NCBI GenBank assembly: GCA_036867785.1 | Contig: CP145414.1 | Span: 1-64,000 of the forward strand | Direction of reading: 5' to 3' | Source of the DNA: Plasmodiophora brassicae | Taxonomy: Eukaryota | Length of the DNA stretch: 64,000 nt | Shown: positions 36,897-50,300 of the stretch, piece after piece | Position numbering within the stretch: position 1 is the stretch's first letter | Layout of the letters: each line of letters begins with the position of its first letter | Made by a program: the position numbers and the translations under genes | The notes under the pieces: model-generated | Database searches by the model: none | Seen by the model: the letters and a program-made list of their open reading frames with translations, nothing else | Told to the model about the DNA's origin: nothing

Positions 36897-38596
36897 CTAC
36901 GACTGGCCGCCCGTCTTCTCCGGTGGTGTTGTCAGAGCACGTTCAGCTGTGAGCGATCTCGGCCTGGCAGGGTTGATACTTGACGCCTTTCGTACAGGGG
37001 CGGCGCTGCTGGTAGCTGATGGAGATGACGATGTCAACGTTGTCGTGGCCGTACGCGCAGATACCGTTCCCGTTCGGGTCCTGCCGGTGGCTTCGCCCTT
37101 GATGGAGCGACGCGGCTGGAAGACGAAGACGCGAGCGAGGCTGCCGGTGGCCCGTGCCGTGGATCCGATGCTCCAGCAGATCGTCCAGCCGGCCGGGCTG
37201 AAGAACCACTTGGTGTTGATAAACACCATGGCCGCACTGGACGCGACGCCCACCATGCATACACCGACGATCCCTGCACACCACCAGATACGCCGCAGGA
37301 TACGATGCACTTCCGTGTCAGGCGTCGATGAATTTGACGGCAGCGTCGTTCGCGACACTTCCACGAGATACCTGACGACGCCGAGCAGGAAGTTCGTGCC
37401 CAGAAGCACCTCCAGGGCGCAGAAGATCCCCGACACGATCGATCCGAATGGGACGTCATCGTACAGCCAGTTCTTGTACGTGACGAACCAGATGTCCACG
37501 GCGACCTCGAGCAGTATAACAAACAGGCAGATGGAAACCGTAGCCCAGCCATGTTCGCCACGTAGGACACGGATGGGCCACCATGCCACTCTCCTACTCT
37601 TCGGCATGATGGAGTCGAGGCGAGAGTTCCAGATGATCGACGACAGGAACGTAGCAGCCAGCGCCCATCCAGTCATCTGCATGGTGAAGAACATCGTGAC
37701 CCAGGCTGTCCAGTGCGACGTGGAGTAAAATCCGGTGAGTCCGATCACGATGGCCATCGTCACCGATGATATCATCTCGATCGACAGAGCGATCAGATGC
37801 TCCCCGTACAACTTCGACGTGACGAAGCGAAACCAGCGCCGGGCCGTGCGCCGCTCCGGACACACCTTCGCAGTGAATCTCTTGTGCACAATTCCAACGT
37901 GCATGATCAAGAACAGACCAGCGCATACGCTGGCAAGTGCAAATACGGCTGTTGGCACCCATCGAACGAATACCTGGTACTGCCACGACGCAAATACGTC
38001 GATCCATTCGTTGGCGTCAACAGATACTGTGACCTTCAGGCCTGGCGTGGAGCTGCCCTGCTTGATAATGGCAGCGCGGATATCGCGATCGGCGTCCGTC
38101 TCCACTATGATCATTGGATGTCGGCGGTGCCAGTCGGATTCAGGGCCATCCCGCCAATACGCGAAACGACCCGGTTGAGCATCCGACGCTGGCGTATCTG
38201 CCACTTTTCTCAGTCCAGAGAGATTTATGCAGTACGACATGTCAGTACCGTACCTATTATTGCAGCGGCTCCCTTACGTGCAAAGCTGACGTACAGCTGG
38301 AAGTAACTGCAGGCGAACTTGCCACCCAGGATGATGGCTTTACCGGTGACCTCACCAGAATCGATTTGGTCCTCCTCGCACGCGTCCCCAGCGTGAACAT
38401 AGATATCCAGCGTGGCCGCCGACGCTTTGTCTTCGAACTGCGGGCCCAGGAACAGTGATGGCGTCGGGCTATACAATGTCAGGCCGTGCAGGCGGCCGCG
38501 CCCGTTTGGAAATACAACGCTGCCAAGCACTTGGTGTACACCCAAGGCCACGACGAGTATCACTAGGGGAACTCGGCGGCCGTATCTGTCGGGCAT
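36897..38596 (-). CDS. Signal peptide + PA-like domain + 7TM receptor-like protein, paralog A
   Basis: Hydrophobic N-terminus, GDAC...VTGKAIIL..ACSY...KGAAAII (PA-like), one intron ~38200-38252, seven hydrophobic helices. Confidence 0.75.
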
Positions 38597-38887
38597 ATCG
38601 GTGGAACTGGTGACTTTCTGCACTAGGCTGTGAAGCCGGAACAATGGTGGCCGTAGGGCGGCTGGCGATCAAGACGACGTGGCGCAGTGGCGAAACGCGG
38701 CGCCCGAAATAAATCTCTGCGCGGATGACCCGTCCGCGTTCTCCCGCTGACCACCGTGTTGCTAGGTTACGTTCAGTGATCTGAGATCGGACTGGCTCAC
38801 GTGCAACTCGTTCGGAACAACGTAACCTGTGCTCATCGGGCCTCACATCTGGGCGCCGAAACATATCGTATGGATGTAGTGAATTCA

Positions 38888-40791
38888 TTATTCTGCATCA
38901 CTGGCGCTTGTCGTTGTATCTTCACCAATACGTTCTTGATTGCGGACGCTCATCCTCGCCAACCGTTTCGCATTTGTCTTGATGTTGGCCTCCAGGCCGG
39001 TCATCGATTCGATCCGGTAGCTGGGAACTGGAATGACGTCCTGCTGCGTGTACTGGGTATGCATAACAGGAACGGGCGAGGCGTATGCTGCAGACACGCC
39101 GACCGATGCGACGGTCCCATGTGCAACATGACCTATATAATACGGGTCGGCTGCCGGAAGCGAAGCAGGTGTAAATCGCGGGCCTTGGAGCTGGACCATC
39201 GGAGGACGAATACTTCCTGTTGAGACCAGCGCTCGCTGCCCTCGCATGCACCGCTGAGTGACAAATACGGTGTTAACGACGATAACGAGGAACACAGCGA
39301 CCCCAGCGACAATGGCAAACACGGTCGAGGACGACAAGGATGTGATACTTGACCAAAACGAAACCGATGATGGACTAGGTGGCGTCCCTCCTTTCAATGC
39401 TGTTGTTTGTGGACGTCGCATATGTGAGGGTGCTGTTGTTCGCATCGCAGATTCAGTATGATGCGATGCTTGAGATCCAGATGGTTGTCTTGTCGATTGG
39501 TTGATCTTCGCCCGTTGCTGACTACGAGCGGTCGTACCACGGTCAGTCGACTTCATCGTTGCTGGTCGTGCCGTAGAAAGTCTATGCGATGACGGCCAGC
39601 GAGACGCTCCTGCGGTACTTGATGTGCCACGTCTGGCGGTACTTGACGCGCGACGCCGACTGGCATATGACGACAGCGCCGTTCGTAGGGACGATGTCAT
39701 TGGAGTTCCGCAGGTCGGCAGCGTACCAACCTGGTAGTTTGCCGAAGGCAGGTTCGGTGGTTTGATGGCCACACAGGTTAACGAAGGGCAATCTGTGAAT
39801 GTCCTGTTTCCAGTGCATTTGCTAATGAGCATTATGATGATAAGGTACGCCACGGGTCGTGACCATACATTGTGACGCTGGTGATCTGCGTTAGTCGAGT
39901 GAAAGCGTTTCGTGGCACACTGCGAAGTTGCGGGTTATTGCCCAGATCCAGGTTGGTGAGCTGCGTCAGCTTGTCGAAGAAGTTGTCTGGCACGGTAGGA
40001 AACGAGTTCGTATCGATGTGCCTAGACCAAGTACGTACATAAGTGAACGTTTGTCGGGGAAGGCGTGTCAGGAACAGACAGAAGTGTCAGGCGAGTCAGT
40101 AAGTCTAAAGCATGATCCGGAAGAATCGTAATTTGGTTGTTTCCGAAATCTCTGTACAATGTGAAGCATTTCGTTAACGGTTCTGTAAGCACTAAACCAT
40201 ACGAGTGCGCAGCAGGTGCACTTACAGCCAGTTCAGGTAGGTCAAGTTCTGAACAGCTTGTGGTACAAATGTCAGGGAATTCGTGTACATCTCGCTGCGG
40301 TTGCATGTAGGCATGCGATAAGTCATCAACATGGTCGACAGTTTGCTGGCGCCACTCGACATTACAGGTGCGCAAGGTTCACGAATGCCTTGAACGCGTC
40401 CGGTGCTACCGAAGTCAGCCTGTTCTTGCCCATCATGCTGTAATTAAGATAATCAGACGGTTTGCGTGATTGCAGGCGTCGGCAGCAAGAAACTCGTACA
40501 TTGTCCGCGTAGCGGCAGGTGTGGACACGTTCGCAAACCATGTCGCGTCGACGCGTCCTGACAACTGCCTTCCGGTCAAGTCACTACACAAGTTTCAGCG
40601 CCTACCACCATGGCGCCCAAGACCCAGGTCCCCCACATCTTTGTTGCACCCGGAAGGCACCCAGCACTGTAAAAGGTGCACACGTCGACGGCGCCGACAT
40701 GCCCATCTGGGGCAAGCGCGACCATAAACGCGATAACGATGCCTTTCAGTGCCAGCAGTGGATGCCGTCGTCGTACCGCGGGCCGTGTCAT
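38888..40791 (-). CDS. LRR receptor-like type-I membrane protein (multi-exon)
   Basis: Signal-like LLALKGIVIAFMVALA; LRRs NRLTSVAPDAF, NNQITILPDHAL, NSFPTVPDNFFDKLTQLTNLDLGNNPQL; S/T-rich stalk; TM VFAIVAGVAVFLVIVV; short tail. Confidence 0.8.
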
Positions 40792-41096
40792 TGTTCGTCC
40801 ACTGTTCGCAGACCTCTTCACTCACTTGAACGACGCCGAATTAATAGATATTCAGCCGATCGATACGTACGGCGCGCCGATACACAGTCCACCAAGCCAG
40901 CCAGTACCGCATCGGGTTCCGAATCAGCGATCATGTCGTCCAGAACGACAGATAGTCTCCGCGATGCTGACGTGACGCCCAAGGCAAGTCATCAGGGTCT
41001 GCCCTGAGAACCGCGATCGCAGGCTGTCCCGTTCCGGACGGGGCGGGCCATTCGCGAAGCGCTGGTCCAATTCCGCAATCGCATGATTTCATTAAA

Positions 41097-42751
41097 TCAA
41101 GCCGCCGTACCTAAGGGGCATGCATGAGCGTTCGTCGTCGACGTCGACGACGACCATCGTTTCGTCGCGCGGGTGGACGCCGCTGTTCTGGTCGTGTGCG
41201 ACTCGCCCTTGGGTCGTCGCGGTTGGAACACGAAGACACGGCCCAGGCTGCCGGTGGCTCGGGCCGTGGACCCGACGCCCCAGCAGATCGTCCAGCCGGC
41301 CGGCCGGAAGAACCAGTTCGTGTCGATGAACATCATGGCGGCGCAGGCCGCCACGCCGACCATGGACAGACCAACGACGCCTGCACACCACCAGATGCGA
41401 CGCAGGATGCGATGCACGGCCGTGTCACGAGACGGAATCGACGTCGCGGTTCGCGACACTTCCACCAGGTACTTGATGACGCCGAACAGGAAGTTGGTGC
41501 CGAGAAGCACCTCGAGGGCGCAGAACGTCGCCGAGACGATCGTCCCGAACGGGACGTCGTAGTACAGCCAGTTCAGGTACGTGACGAACCAGACGTCGAC
41601 GGCGAGTTCGAGCAATATCACGAACAGGCAGGTGCACGTCGTAGCCCAGCAGTAATCGCCGCGGAGGACCCGGGCCGGCCACCACGCCTTCCTCCTGGTC
41701 CTCGGCATGATGGAAGACAGGCGCGAGTTCCAGACGATCGACGAGAGGAACGTGGCGGCCAGGGCCCAACCGGTCATCTGCATGGTGAAGAACAGCGTGA
41801 CCCAGGCCGGGGCGTTCGACGTGGAGTAGAACCCGGAGACGCCGATGACAATCGCCATGGCAATCGACGACAGCATCTCGATGAGCAGGGCGACCAGGTG
41901 CGCCCCGTACAGCTTCGACGTGATGAACCGATACCAGCGGCGGGCCGTGCGCCGCTCCGGGCGAACCTTCGCCGTGAACCGGTCGTACAGGATCTGGAGA
42001 TGCGCGACCAGGAACGCACCGGCGAACGCGCTAGCGGTCGCGAAGAGGACAGTGGGCAGCCACCGAACGAAAACCTGGTACGGCCACGACGCAAAGACGT
42101 CAACCCATTCGTTCGGGTCGATCGAGATCGTGGCCCTGAGCCCGTCCGGGGACGTGCCCTGCTCGGCGATGATGGCAGCAATGTCGCCGTCCGCATCCGT
42201 CTCCAGCAGCAGCATCGGGTGCCGACGGTGCCAGTCGGTTTCGGGGCCATCCCGCCAGTGCACGAACCGGCCCGGCTGTGCATTCGATGCGGGCGTATCT
42301 GCCACGCTGTGAGACGCTGAGGCGTCGGCGCCGACGGCCAAACCGTACCTAGGAGGGCGGCGGCCCGCTTGCGCGCAAAGTTGTCGTACAGCTGGAAGTA
42401 ACTGCAGGCGCCATCGCCGCCCATGATGACGGCTTTGCCAGCGACCTCGACGGCGTCGATCTGATTCGGGTCGCACGCGTCGCCGTAGTGGATGTAAATG
42501 TCCAGGGTGCGCGGCGGCACGTCGTCCTCGATCTGCGGCCCCAGGAACCTGGATGGGTTCGGACTGTACAGCGTCAGGCCCTGCAGGCGCCCGCGGCCGT
42601 TCGGGAACACGACGCTGCCGCGGCCGTCGCCGAGCAGCGACGCCAGCAACACCGTCGAGCAGAGCGCACCGGTTAGACGTCGACAGCGCCCATGGCGCGG
42701 CGGACCAACGTCCAGCGGCAGCGGTAGCCCAGGCGACGTCAGCGTCGGCAT
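41097..42751 (-). CDS. Signal peptide + PA-like domain + 7TM receptor-like protein, paralog B
   Basis: Colinear and highly similar to 36897-38596 (SVVFPNGRGRL.GLTLYSP, FFTMQMTGWALAATFLSSI.WNSRL, GSTARATGSL). Confidence 0.78.
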
Positions 42752-43083
42752 GCCTCGTGCTGGGAATCGCAGCCGCGGCAATAATAGAATTCTGCGCGAC
42801 TGCAGCCGGCTCCGGCGGCGCCGTCGTCGCAATCCCGACCGCGACAGGGGGGCAGGGCTATTAATGGGATCGCCGTGGATGACGGTTCAGGGGGCCCGGG
42901 GGGTGATGAGTGATGACCCACAGCGCGCGCAGGGCACCCGCAGGGTGCAACCGGTGCCCGCACGTTGGCAGGCACGCGCCGCGGTTCGCACGCTGTCTGT
43001 CGATCGTGAACGCAGGGGACCCGCCGGCGTACTACTGCGACGCAGTCGTTGGCGGGAAGGCATCCGCGAGAGCGCGCGCGTGT

Positions 43084-43497
43084 TTATGGACCCGCGAAGG
43101 GTTCCGGCGACGGGCAGTGGAACTTGCGGACGTGCAGATGGCTGTACAGGTCGTAGACGGCGCGAATGGCGCGATGGTCCAGGTACGCGTCGCACGCGTA
43201 GCACCAGAACGACAGGTCCGCCCAGCCGCACGCGATCTGGTGCCCGGCGCTGATCGCGTGGGCGCGCGCGTGCCCGTGCACATACCGCCCGCAATGCGTC
43301 GCCCAGCAGCGGACGCAGACCCAGGGCTCCGCCAGGTCGCCGCCCGCCGCCGCACACGACCGGCAGCGCCGATCGGCCGCCCCACCATCCTTCCGCTCGT
43401 CGTCGTCGTCGTCGTCGTCCGGCGCGACCGCAACGTGCTCCTGGACGTGCGGGCAGGTGCGCCGGGCCTCGACCCACCCGCCGGTGTCGTTCGACAT
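43084..43497 (-). CDS. Stand-alone ZnF-UBP (HDAC6 BUZ-like) protein
   Basis: CPHV...CRSC...WVCVRCWATHCGRYVHGHARAH...H...DLSFWCYACDAYL. Confidence 0.88.
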   Translation of the reverse strand: MSNDTGGWVEARRTCPHVQEHVAVAPDDDDDDDERKDGGAADRRCRSCAAAGGDLAEPWVCVRCWATHCGRYVHGHARAHAISAGHQIACGWADLSFWCYACDAYLDHRAIRAVYDLYSHLHVRKFHCPSPEPFAGP

Positions 43498-43604
43498 CGC
43501 CGGGCGACCGGGAACCGGAGATTGCGGACGCGCCCCGCAGCGCCGCGCCGCCCAATCCGACGGCAGAGCGCGCGCACGCGGTGGCGTCGACGACGACGAC
43601 GTCC

Positions 43605-44957
43605 ATGGCGGTGGCCGAGCGCGCCACCCTGAGCAGCATCCTTCGGCGCTTCCCGCCCGTCGAGTTCGCCATGGCGTACGGGTCCGGCGTCGTGCCGCAG
43701 GCCGGGCGCGGGCCCGACCCGACCACCACCATGGTCGACTTCATATTCGGTCGGGGCGCGCGTTCGCCCTGCCCGGCCATGCGCCTCCTGATCGCGTTTG
43801 CATCAGGTGTCCGCGACTCGCCGTCCTGGCACGCCGACAACATGGACCAGCACCCGCGGCACTATTCGTGCCTGGCGCGTCTGCTGGGACCAGGTACGCG
43901 TCTGGTGCGATCGCGACGTGTGCGGATTGCCCCGCTGACGCCGAGCGCCCGTCCCCCCGCAGGCGGTGTATCCCGTATGCAGAGGACGGCCGCCGGCGTC
44001 CATTTCAACACGCTGGTGCCGTACGACGAGCGCACGGTAGGCGCGTGTGGTCGCGACCAGACGCGCGGGTGCTAAGCGCCTGCGTAGTAGATGATCAAGT
44101 ATGGCGTCATCGCTGTCGAGGACCTCGTGCACGATTTGCGAACCTGGTCGACCCTGTACGTTAGCGGGCGAATGCAGAAACCGGTACGTACGCTGCCTGC
44201 CCGCTGCCTGCACCGCCATCGTCTGACGTGAACGTGTGTGCGCGCAGCAAACGATCCTGGCGTCGACGGACGAGATCGACCGCTGGTCCGCCTGCAACCT
44301 GCGGCAGGCGTTCCTGTCGGCGCTGGTCATGCAACCGGCCCGGTTCACCGAACACGACCTGTTCATGACCATCGCCGGGCTATCGTACTCGGGCGACATC
44401 CGCATGCACATCGGTCGGCGCGCGCGGATCATGATGTGTGCATCGCGTGTATTTACTGTGCCGCCCGATCCAGGCATGGGGGAGAACCCGCGGAAGGTCG
44501 CCAACATCGTCAATGTGAACCGCGACGGGTTCCGCCGACTGTATGCGCCCTGCTTCGAGTACGCCGACCGCCTCGGGTACCTCCGGTCGGTGCTGGTCGG
44601 CAGCGTGGCACCCCTGAAACTCACAATGCGTGCCTGCTTAGGCCAGAGGCAGACGGGTCCCGGTTCCAGCGCGTCCTCGACCTGCATCACCTGTGCGGCA
44701 TGTTCGCGCGTCTTCCCGACCACCTCCGGGACCTGTGCTTCAGGGAGTGCCGAGCCGTCGGTGACGCAACGCAGGCGGCATCGTGGCGCCACGCGCTGGT
44801 ATCTGTGGAGTCGGCCGCCAGGGTCCTGCGACGATGCATCGGGCGCATCGGACAGCGTGCCAGCTTCTGGCAAACGCTGAAAGGTGTCTACTCGGCCGGC
44901 GTCGCCAAGTCCATCCAGTACGCGTACCGGAAGGTTGCCAAGTCGAGACAGACGTAG
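43605..44957 (+). CDS. TAM41: Mitochondrial phosphatidate cytidylyltransferase (multi-exon)
   Basis: FAMAYGSGVVPQ, MVDFIFG, WHADNM..PRHYS, GVHFN, IKYGVI...W.TLYVSGRMQKP, IAGLSYSGDIRM, GENPRKVANIV. Confidence 0.93.
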
Positions 44958-45292
44958 GTCGGCCCCCTCCGGATCCTGGACAGGCAGGGCGTTCCCGGCG
45001 GCAGCCATCATCCTCATCATCAGATGTGATCTCTCTCCATCAAGCATCATCGCCATGCCCCCCAACGTTCTAGGCACGTGGCCGCCCGCAGTGAACGCCT
45101 CATTAAAACGGGCCTTTCGCTGGCACGAACGAACGCAATTGGCACCTCGAGTCGCAACGGCAACGACTGTCCGCGTCATCGCAGCATCGTCGACCATTTC
45201 GTCGGCTGCACAGACGTGGCATGCCTGGGAACGTTCCTGTTCATGCATATCGGCCGTGATGGCTGGGCAAACTGGAGCGCCCGCCCGGCCCG

Positions 45293-45629
45293 CTATTTCT
45301 TTGTCGCAGCGGCAGCCGCCGCCGCCTCTTCTTTGCGCTTCTTCGACGCTTCCAATTTCTGGCGCATAATGGCCGCATCTCTGTCGAACGTTCGGCATCA
45401 GACCATCAGCGAGGCTCGCGGCGGCGTATTGCGCGCGTCCTCACTGTTCCTGCTTCTTGCGCAGGTCCGACGTCGACGTCGACTTCGGCTTGGCGTTCTT
45501 CTCGGCCCGTTTACGGGCGCGCTCGCGATCCTACAGCAGCGACCGGGTCACTGGAACGGCGCCACGATGCCCGCCCCGGTCCGTCGCGCGGCGGCGCCTT
45601 ACCACGTCGCGCTGGTTGCCCCGCGTCAT
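45293..45629 (-). CDS. SERF: SERF/4F5 small EDRK-rich factor (3 exons)
   Basis: MTRGNQRDV / DRERARKRAEK... / DAAIMRQK. Confidence 0.88.
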
Positions 45630-45961
45630 CGCCCGTCACGGCCCCGCCCCGCGACGACGAGCTGCAACGCACAAAAATTGCGCGACTGTCGTCACACGTC
45701 GTCCCCCCGCGCTCGCGCAACCAGACGAAGCACGCTCTGCGCAATGAAGGCCCAGGCAGCGGCGCTGGGCACGCGTCCCGCCCGGGCATATCTGGGTGGA
45801 ACCCGGCACCAAGGTGTCCACCTTCGTGCATGACCCGCTTCTCGATTCATCCAGAATTCGTACCCCGATGATCGCAAGGGCATCCCGAATCGATGCGCCT
45901 CATTCGGCAAACGGGTTCCTGCCAGCGACATCGTGTGCCTGCGCCGGGTTGCATCGCGAAC

Positions 45962-47166
45962 ATGCGCGTTGCCGTCGTTCTCCTCGTGGTCGCCAGTGCC
46001 GTCGCCGTCCATGGGCAGGACTGCGTCATCACGGTGCCTCCTAACCCGCTGACCGCGGAGGGGCTGGCGACCCCGTACACGGTCGGCCCGCCCCGCTTGC
46101 GATCCCCTGTGCTCGGAGATTGACACGCCACCTGCTATAGATGACCGGCTGCGATCAAGCAGCCGACACGGCGTCGTTCGCGGAGGCGTCCATCTACGAT
46201 CCAGCGACGCAGACAATCTCGGTGTACCACCCGCTGGTGATCAACGCGGGCACGCAGCCGGCCGCGCCGCCCGTCGTCCCCAGCCTGCCTGCCAACGCGA
46301 TCGTCGGCATCTGGTTCGGGTCGAACGGCGACACGCTGACCCTGACGGGCCCGGGCCTGGCCAACGGCAACTGTGTGAACGGCCTGCCCGATTCACTGTT
46401 CGGCCAGGTGGCCTACTGTAACGCGGTCGCCTTCTTCCAGGCCGCCAGAAACGTGCAGAACGTGACCCCGCTCGGGACCGGCCTGGACGAGCAACCGTGC
46501 CCGTCGACCAGGGACTTCGCCATCGTCGACATGGACCAGAGCGACAACGTCGATACGACGTACCTTCTGACCGCGTCTGGCCAGGTCGCCCAGAACACGG
46601 CCGCGAACCGCAGGGATCTCCCGGGCGCCAAAGTCATCAGCAACGGCAGCGATAACGGCCTCGTGGAGTACATTGCCGGCGTCCTCCAGTGCGCGCTCTT
46701 CGTTGGCAACGTGCTGGAGGACCCGGGTGCGACCTCGCCGTCCCTGGCGCTGGACGAGATCCAGGCCGCCCGGTTCCAGCAGGCGCCCGTCGCGCTCGTC
46801 CCCGACAATGACGCCATGGTCGTCGTCAACGGGCAGCCGAACCTGCAGAAGCGGAACCTGTATCGTGCCGGCGTGTTCCAGGACCCGAACGCGTCCGGGT
46901 CGCCCACCGACTACTGCCGGAACCTGGCGAACATCGCCCCGACCCGTTTCCAGGACCATTTCCAGAGGTTCTTCACGACGGTCGCGTCGCCGGACCCGGC
47001 CACGGGCAACCAGCTGTTCAACTTCATGTGCGCCCGGTTCCAGGGGGCGTTCGAGGCCGCCGGCCTCGACTGTGCCGGCCTGCTGGGCATCCCCAGCCCG
47101 ATCACCGTCTCCGTCGACGCGAACGGTGTCGCCACCGGCTGCAGCATCAGCGCTGTTCAAGTCTGA
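45962..47166 (+). CDS. Secreted Cys-containing protein of an uncharacterised family (2 exons)
   Basis: Signal MRVAVVLLVVASAVAVHG, CVITVPPNPLTAEGLATPY, intron 46082-46140, ISVYHPLVI, WFGSNG, CPSTRDFAIVDMDQSDNV. Confidence 0.85.
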
Positions 47167-47351
47167 CCGCGTCTCCATCGTCGTCGTGCTTGTGGTCTGC
47201 TGTCCGCCTTGGCGCGCGCGCGCCTCGTGACTAAAACACGCCGTTGGCGCTCGCCGCCCCTGTTGCAATCCGCACGTCGTGGTCACATATACCTATCCCC
47301 GGGGGCGAAGTGTGTACCCCTCGGTACCGTTGACTAGGTCGTCCCCCCGGC

Positions 47352-50300
47352 ATGGACGACGTCGGTCGTGCCGGTGATGCGGGCACCGACGACGGCCAGC
47401 AGGGCGTCAGCATCAATGCGGAGTCGCTCGAGTTGCTGAAGACGTACTTTGACGAGGCCGATGGCGGTCTGGAAGAGGACGAGGTAGCATCTAGTCGTCG
47501 AACGTGACAGAGCGTTCGTTCTGAGGCGGAACACAGTTCGTGTCCCTGCTGGGCAAGGTGCTCGGCAAGCAGACGGCGACGAACCGTCGCGACCTGACGC
47601 ACCTGTTCATGAAGATCGACGCCAACTCGGACGGGACCGTCGACTGGGACGAGTTCACGCACTTCCTCCTGATGGAGAACCAGGCCAACGAGTTCAACGA
47701 CACGAGCGTACGCCGGCTCGGTTTCGGGTGTCGTGGCGCACCGCCCCGCCATCGCTGACGTCGTTTGCCAACGCAGTTCGACGAGCTGGTGCCGTCGCCG
47801 GTCCCGGAACCGGCCGACAACGCCCACCACTACCACCGGGACATGATCGAGACGGTCCTGTACATCCCCAAGACGGACAAGTACGTGACGTCGAGCCGGG
47901 ACGGCACGTTCAAGGTCTGGAATTGCAAGGATCGCCTGCACGTGCGGACGGTGCGCTGCGGGAACTCGTGGATCATCGGGTCGTGCCTGCTGCCGCGGTC
48001 GAACCGCCTCGCCATGGTCAGCGCCGACCTGCGCGCCCACTTCTACGACGCCACGTCGATCGAGCTCGTGTCCCGGTTCAACGACGACCCGGTCACCCGG
48101 AACAACGGCCTGACGTTTGCTGAGCTGCGACGCCAGCAGCAACCGCAGCGATTGCAGACCATGCTGGAGAACATGCCCGTGTGCGTCACTGGCATCCCGT
48201 CGCCCACCGAGGTCGGCACTCTCGTTGTCATCATCACACGCGCGCTGCGGGCGTGACCCTGCCGCGTGATGTGTGTAGGACATCATGGCCATCGGCGATA
48301 CGATGGGCACGATCACGATCCACGCGTTCGACGAGAAATGGCACGCGTGCGACGGCGCCATCGCCGAGTGCAGCCATGATTCGCCGAAATGCATTGGCGT
48401 CCGTCGGGAAGGTACACGCGCGCGCCCGGCGCCCGCTCGTCGACGACGTCTAAAACGTTGGCCGTAGCGTTCCCCGGCGTGCACACCGACTGGGTCACCG
48501 ACATCAAATGGATCCCGGAGCTGGACGCGCTCGTGACCAGCTCCCTGGACCGTACCGTCAAGTTCCTGGACGTCGAGAGGCACGGGCAGGTGCGTGTGGG
48601 GCACCGTCGGGCGCTTCCCCCGTCCTGGTGGTGGGTTGACAACGGGGCGCAGGACCCGGTGCGGAAGAAGTTCACTGGGCACCGGAAGGGCGTGTACTCG
48701 TTCGACTTCTGCGCCGGGTACAAGTTCATGGTGTCGTGCGGGTCGTCGCGCCGGATCACGGCCTGGGACCCGTTCCGGTGCCGCGAGATCAACTCGCTGT
48801 CCGGGCACATGGCCGCCGTCCAGCAGGTCGTCGTCAACGAGGACAAGAACCAGATCATCTCGGTCGCTGTCGACAAGACCATCAAGGTTCGCCTGTGCGG
48901 CGCGTTCGTGTCGCCCGATCAGTGGCTTAGGGCGCGCGGCAGGTGTGGGACGTCCGGAACTTCAGGTGCATGCAGACGATAACGGACGCGAACCATTACC
49001 GCCCCGAGAACCGCATCTCGCGCCTGACCTGGGTGAAGGCGCACTCCTGCCTGCTGGCGGCGACGAACCGCCTGGACGTCTGGCCCAGCAAGGCGGTCAG
49101 CCAGGCGGAGACGCTGTCGCACGACCACTCGATCTGCACGGCCATCTACAATTCGAACTTTGGCCAGGTCGTCTCCGGCGACGTGGGCTCCCAGGTCAAG
49201 GTCGGTCCGTTGGCGATGGCACCCGCGCCACGCCTGCCCGCCGCTGAACACCCCCGCGCCCCCAGGTCTGGGACCTGGAGACCGGCCGCAGCGTGTTCTC
49301 GTACCGGAACGTGCACCGGCGGGCGTCGTCGATCACGGCCATGGCGCTGGACGCGTCCATGCGCCGACTGATAACGGGCGGGGACGACGGGTCGGTCAAG
49401 GTCTGGAACTTTAGCAGCGGGCAGTGCCTGTCCGACTGCGTCGACGGGGCGGCGCCCGGCCGCGACCGCCGAGAGGTCACGTCGCTCGCCTTCATCGTCG
49501 ACGACCGGTCGGCGGACAGCCCGTCCAAGTTCATCGTGGCCGGCGGGTGGGACGCCCGCATCCGGGTCTGGGAGGACCACGCCGACAAGGTGCAGCCGAT
49601 CGCCAGCACGATGGCGGCCGGGGCCAAGGGCCACACCGGCGACATCACCTGCATGGTCTGGTGCGGGAACACGTGGCTGGCGTCGGGCGGCGCGGACGGC
49701 GCCGTCGTCATCTGGAGCCTGGACTCGAAATCCGCCAAGCGGCGGCTCGTCGACGGCGCCGAGTCCACCAGCGTCGACGCCCTGGCCTGGCTGCCGACCC
49801 TATCGCTGCTGATCTCGGCCGGCTCCGACGGTACGTCTCGAGAGCGCGCAATGCTCCCCTGACGAATTCGAACGCCTGTCCAGGGCGCGTCCGCGGCTGG
49901 GATGGGTCCAGGACCAGCTGGCCGCTGGTGATGCAGGTCGCGGGCAGCCCCGCGTCGTCCCCCGCCGGTATCATGGCCATCGTCAAGAGCGCCAACGACC
50001 GCACGCTGGTCACCGGCGACTCCAGCGGGTACGTCAAGGTCTGGGCGACCGTTCGACAGCCGCAGGTCGGCATCCAGCACGCGAGGACGTGGCGCGCGCA
50101 CGAACGCTCCATCAGCAGTCTGTGTACGTCGCGACCCTGCTGGGACGCGCGCGTTCCGCCCTGTGATGACGCGCGATTGGCACAGCAATGGTCGACGGGC
50201 GCGAGATGCTGGTGACGACGGCAACGGACCGGCGCATACGCTTGTGGTCGCTGGACGGCAGCCTGGTCGGCATGTTCGTGTCGGATCGCGCCCCATGGAG

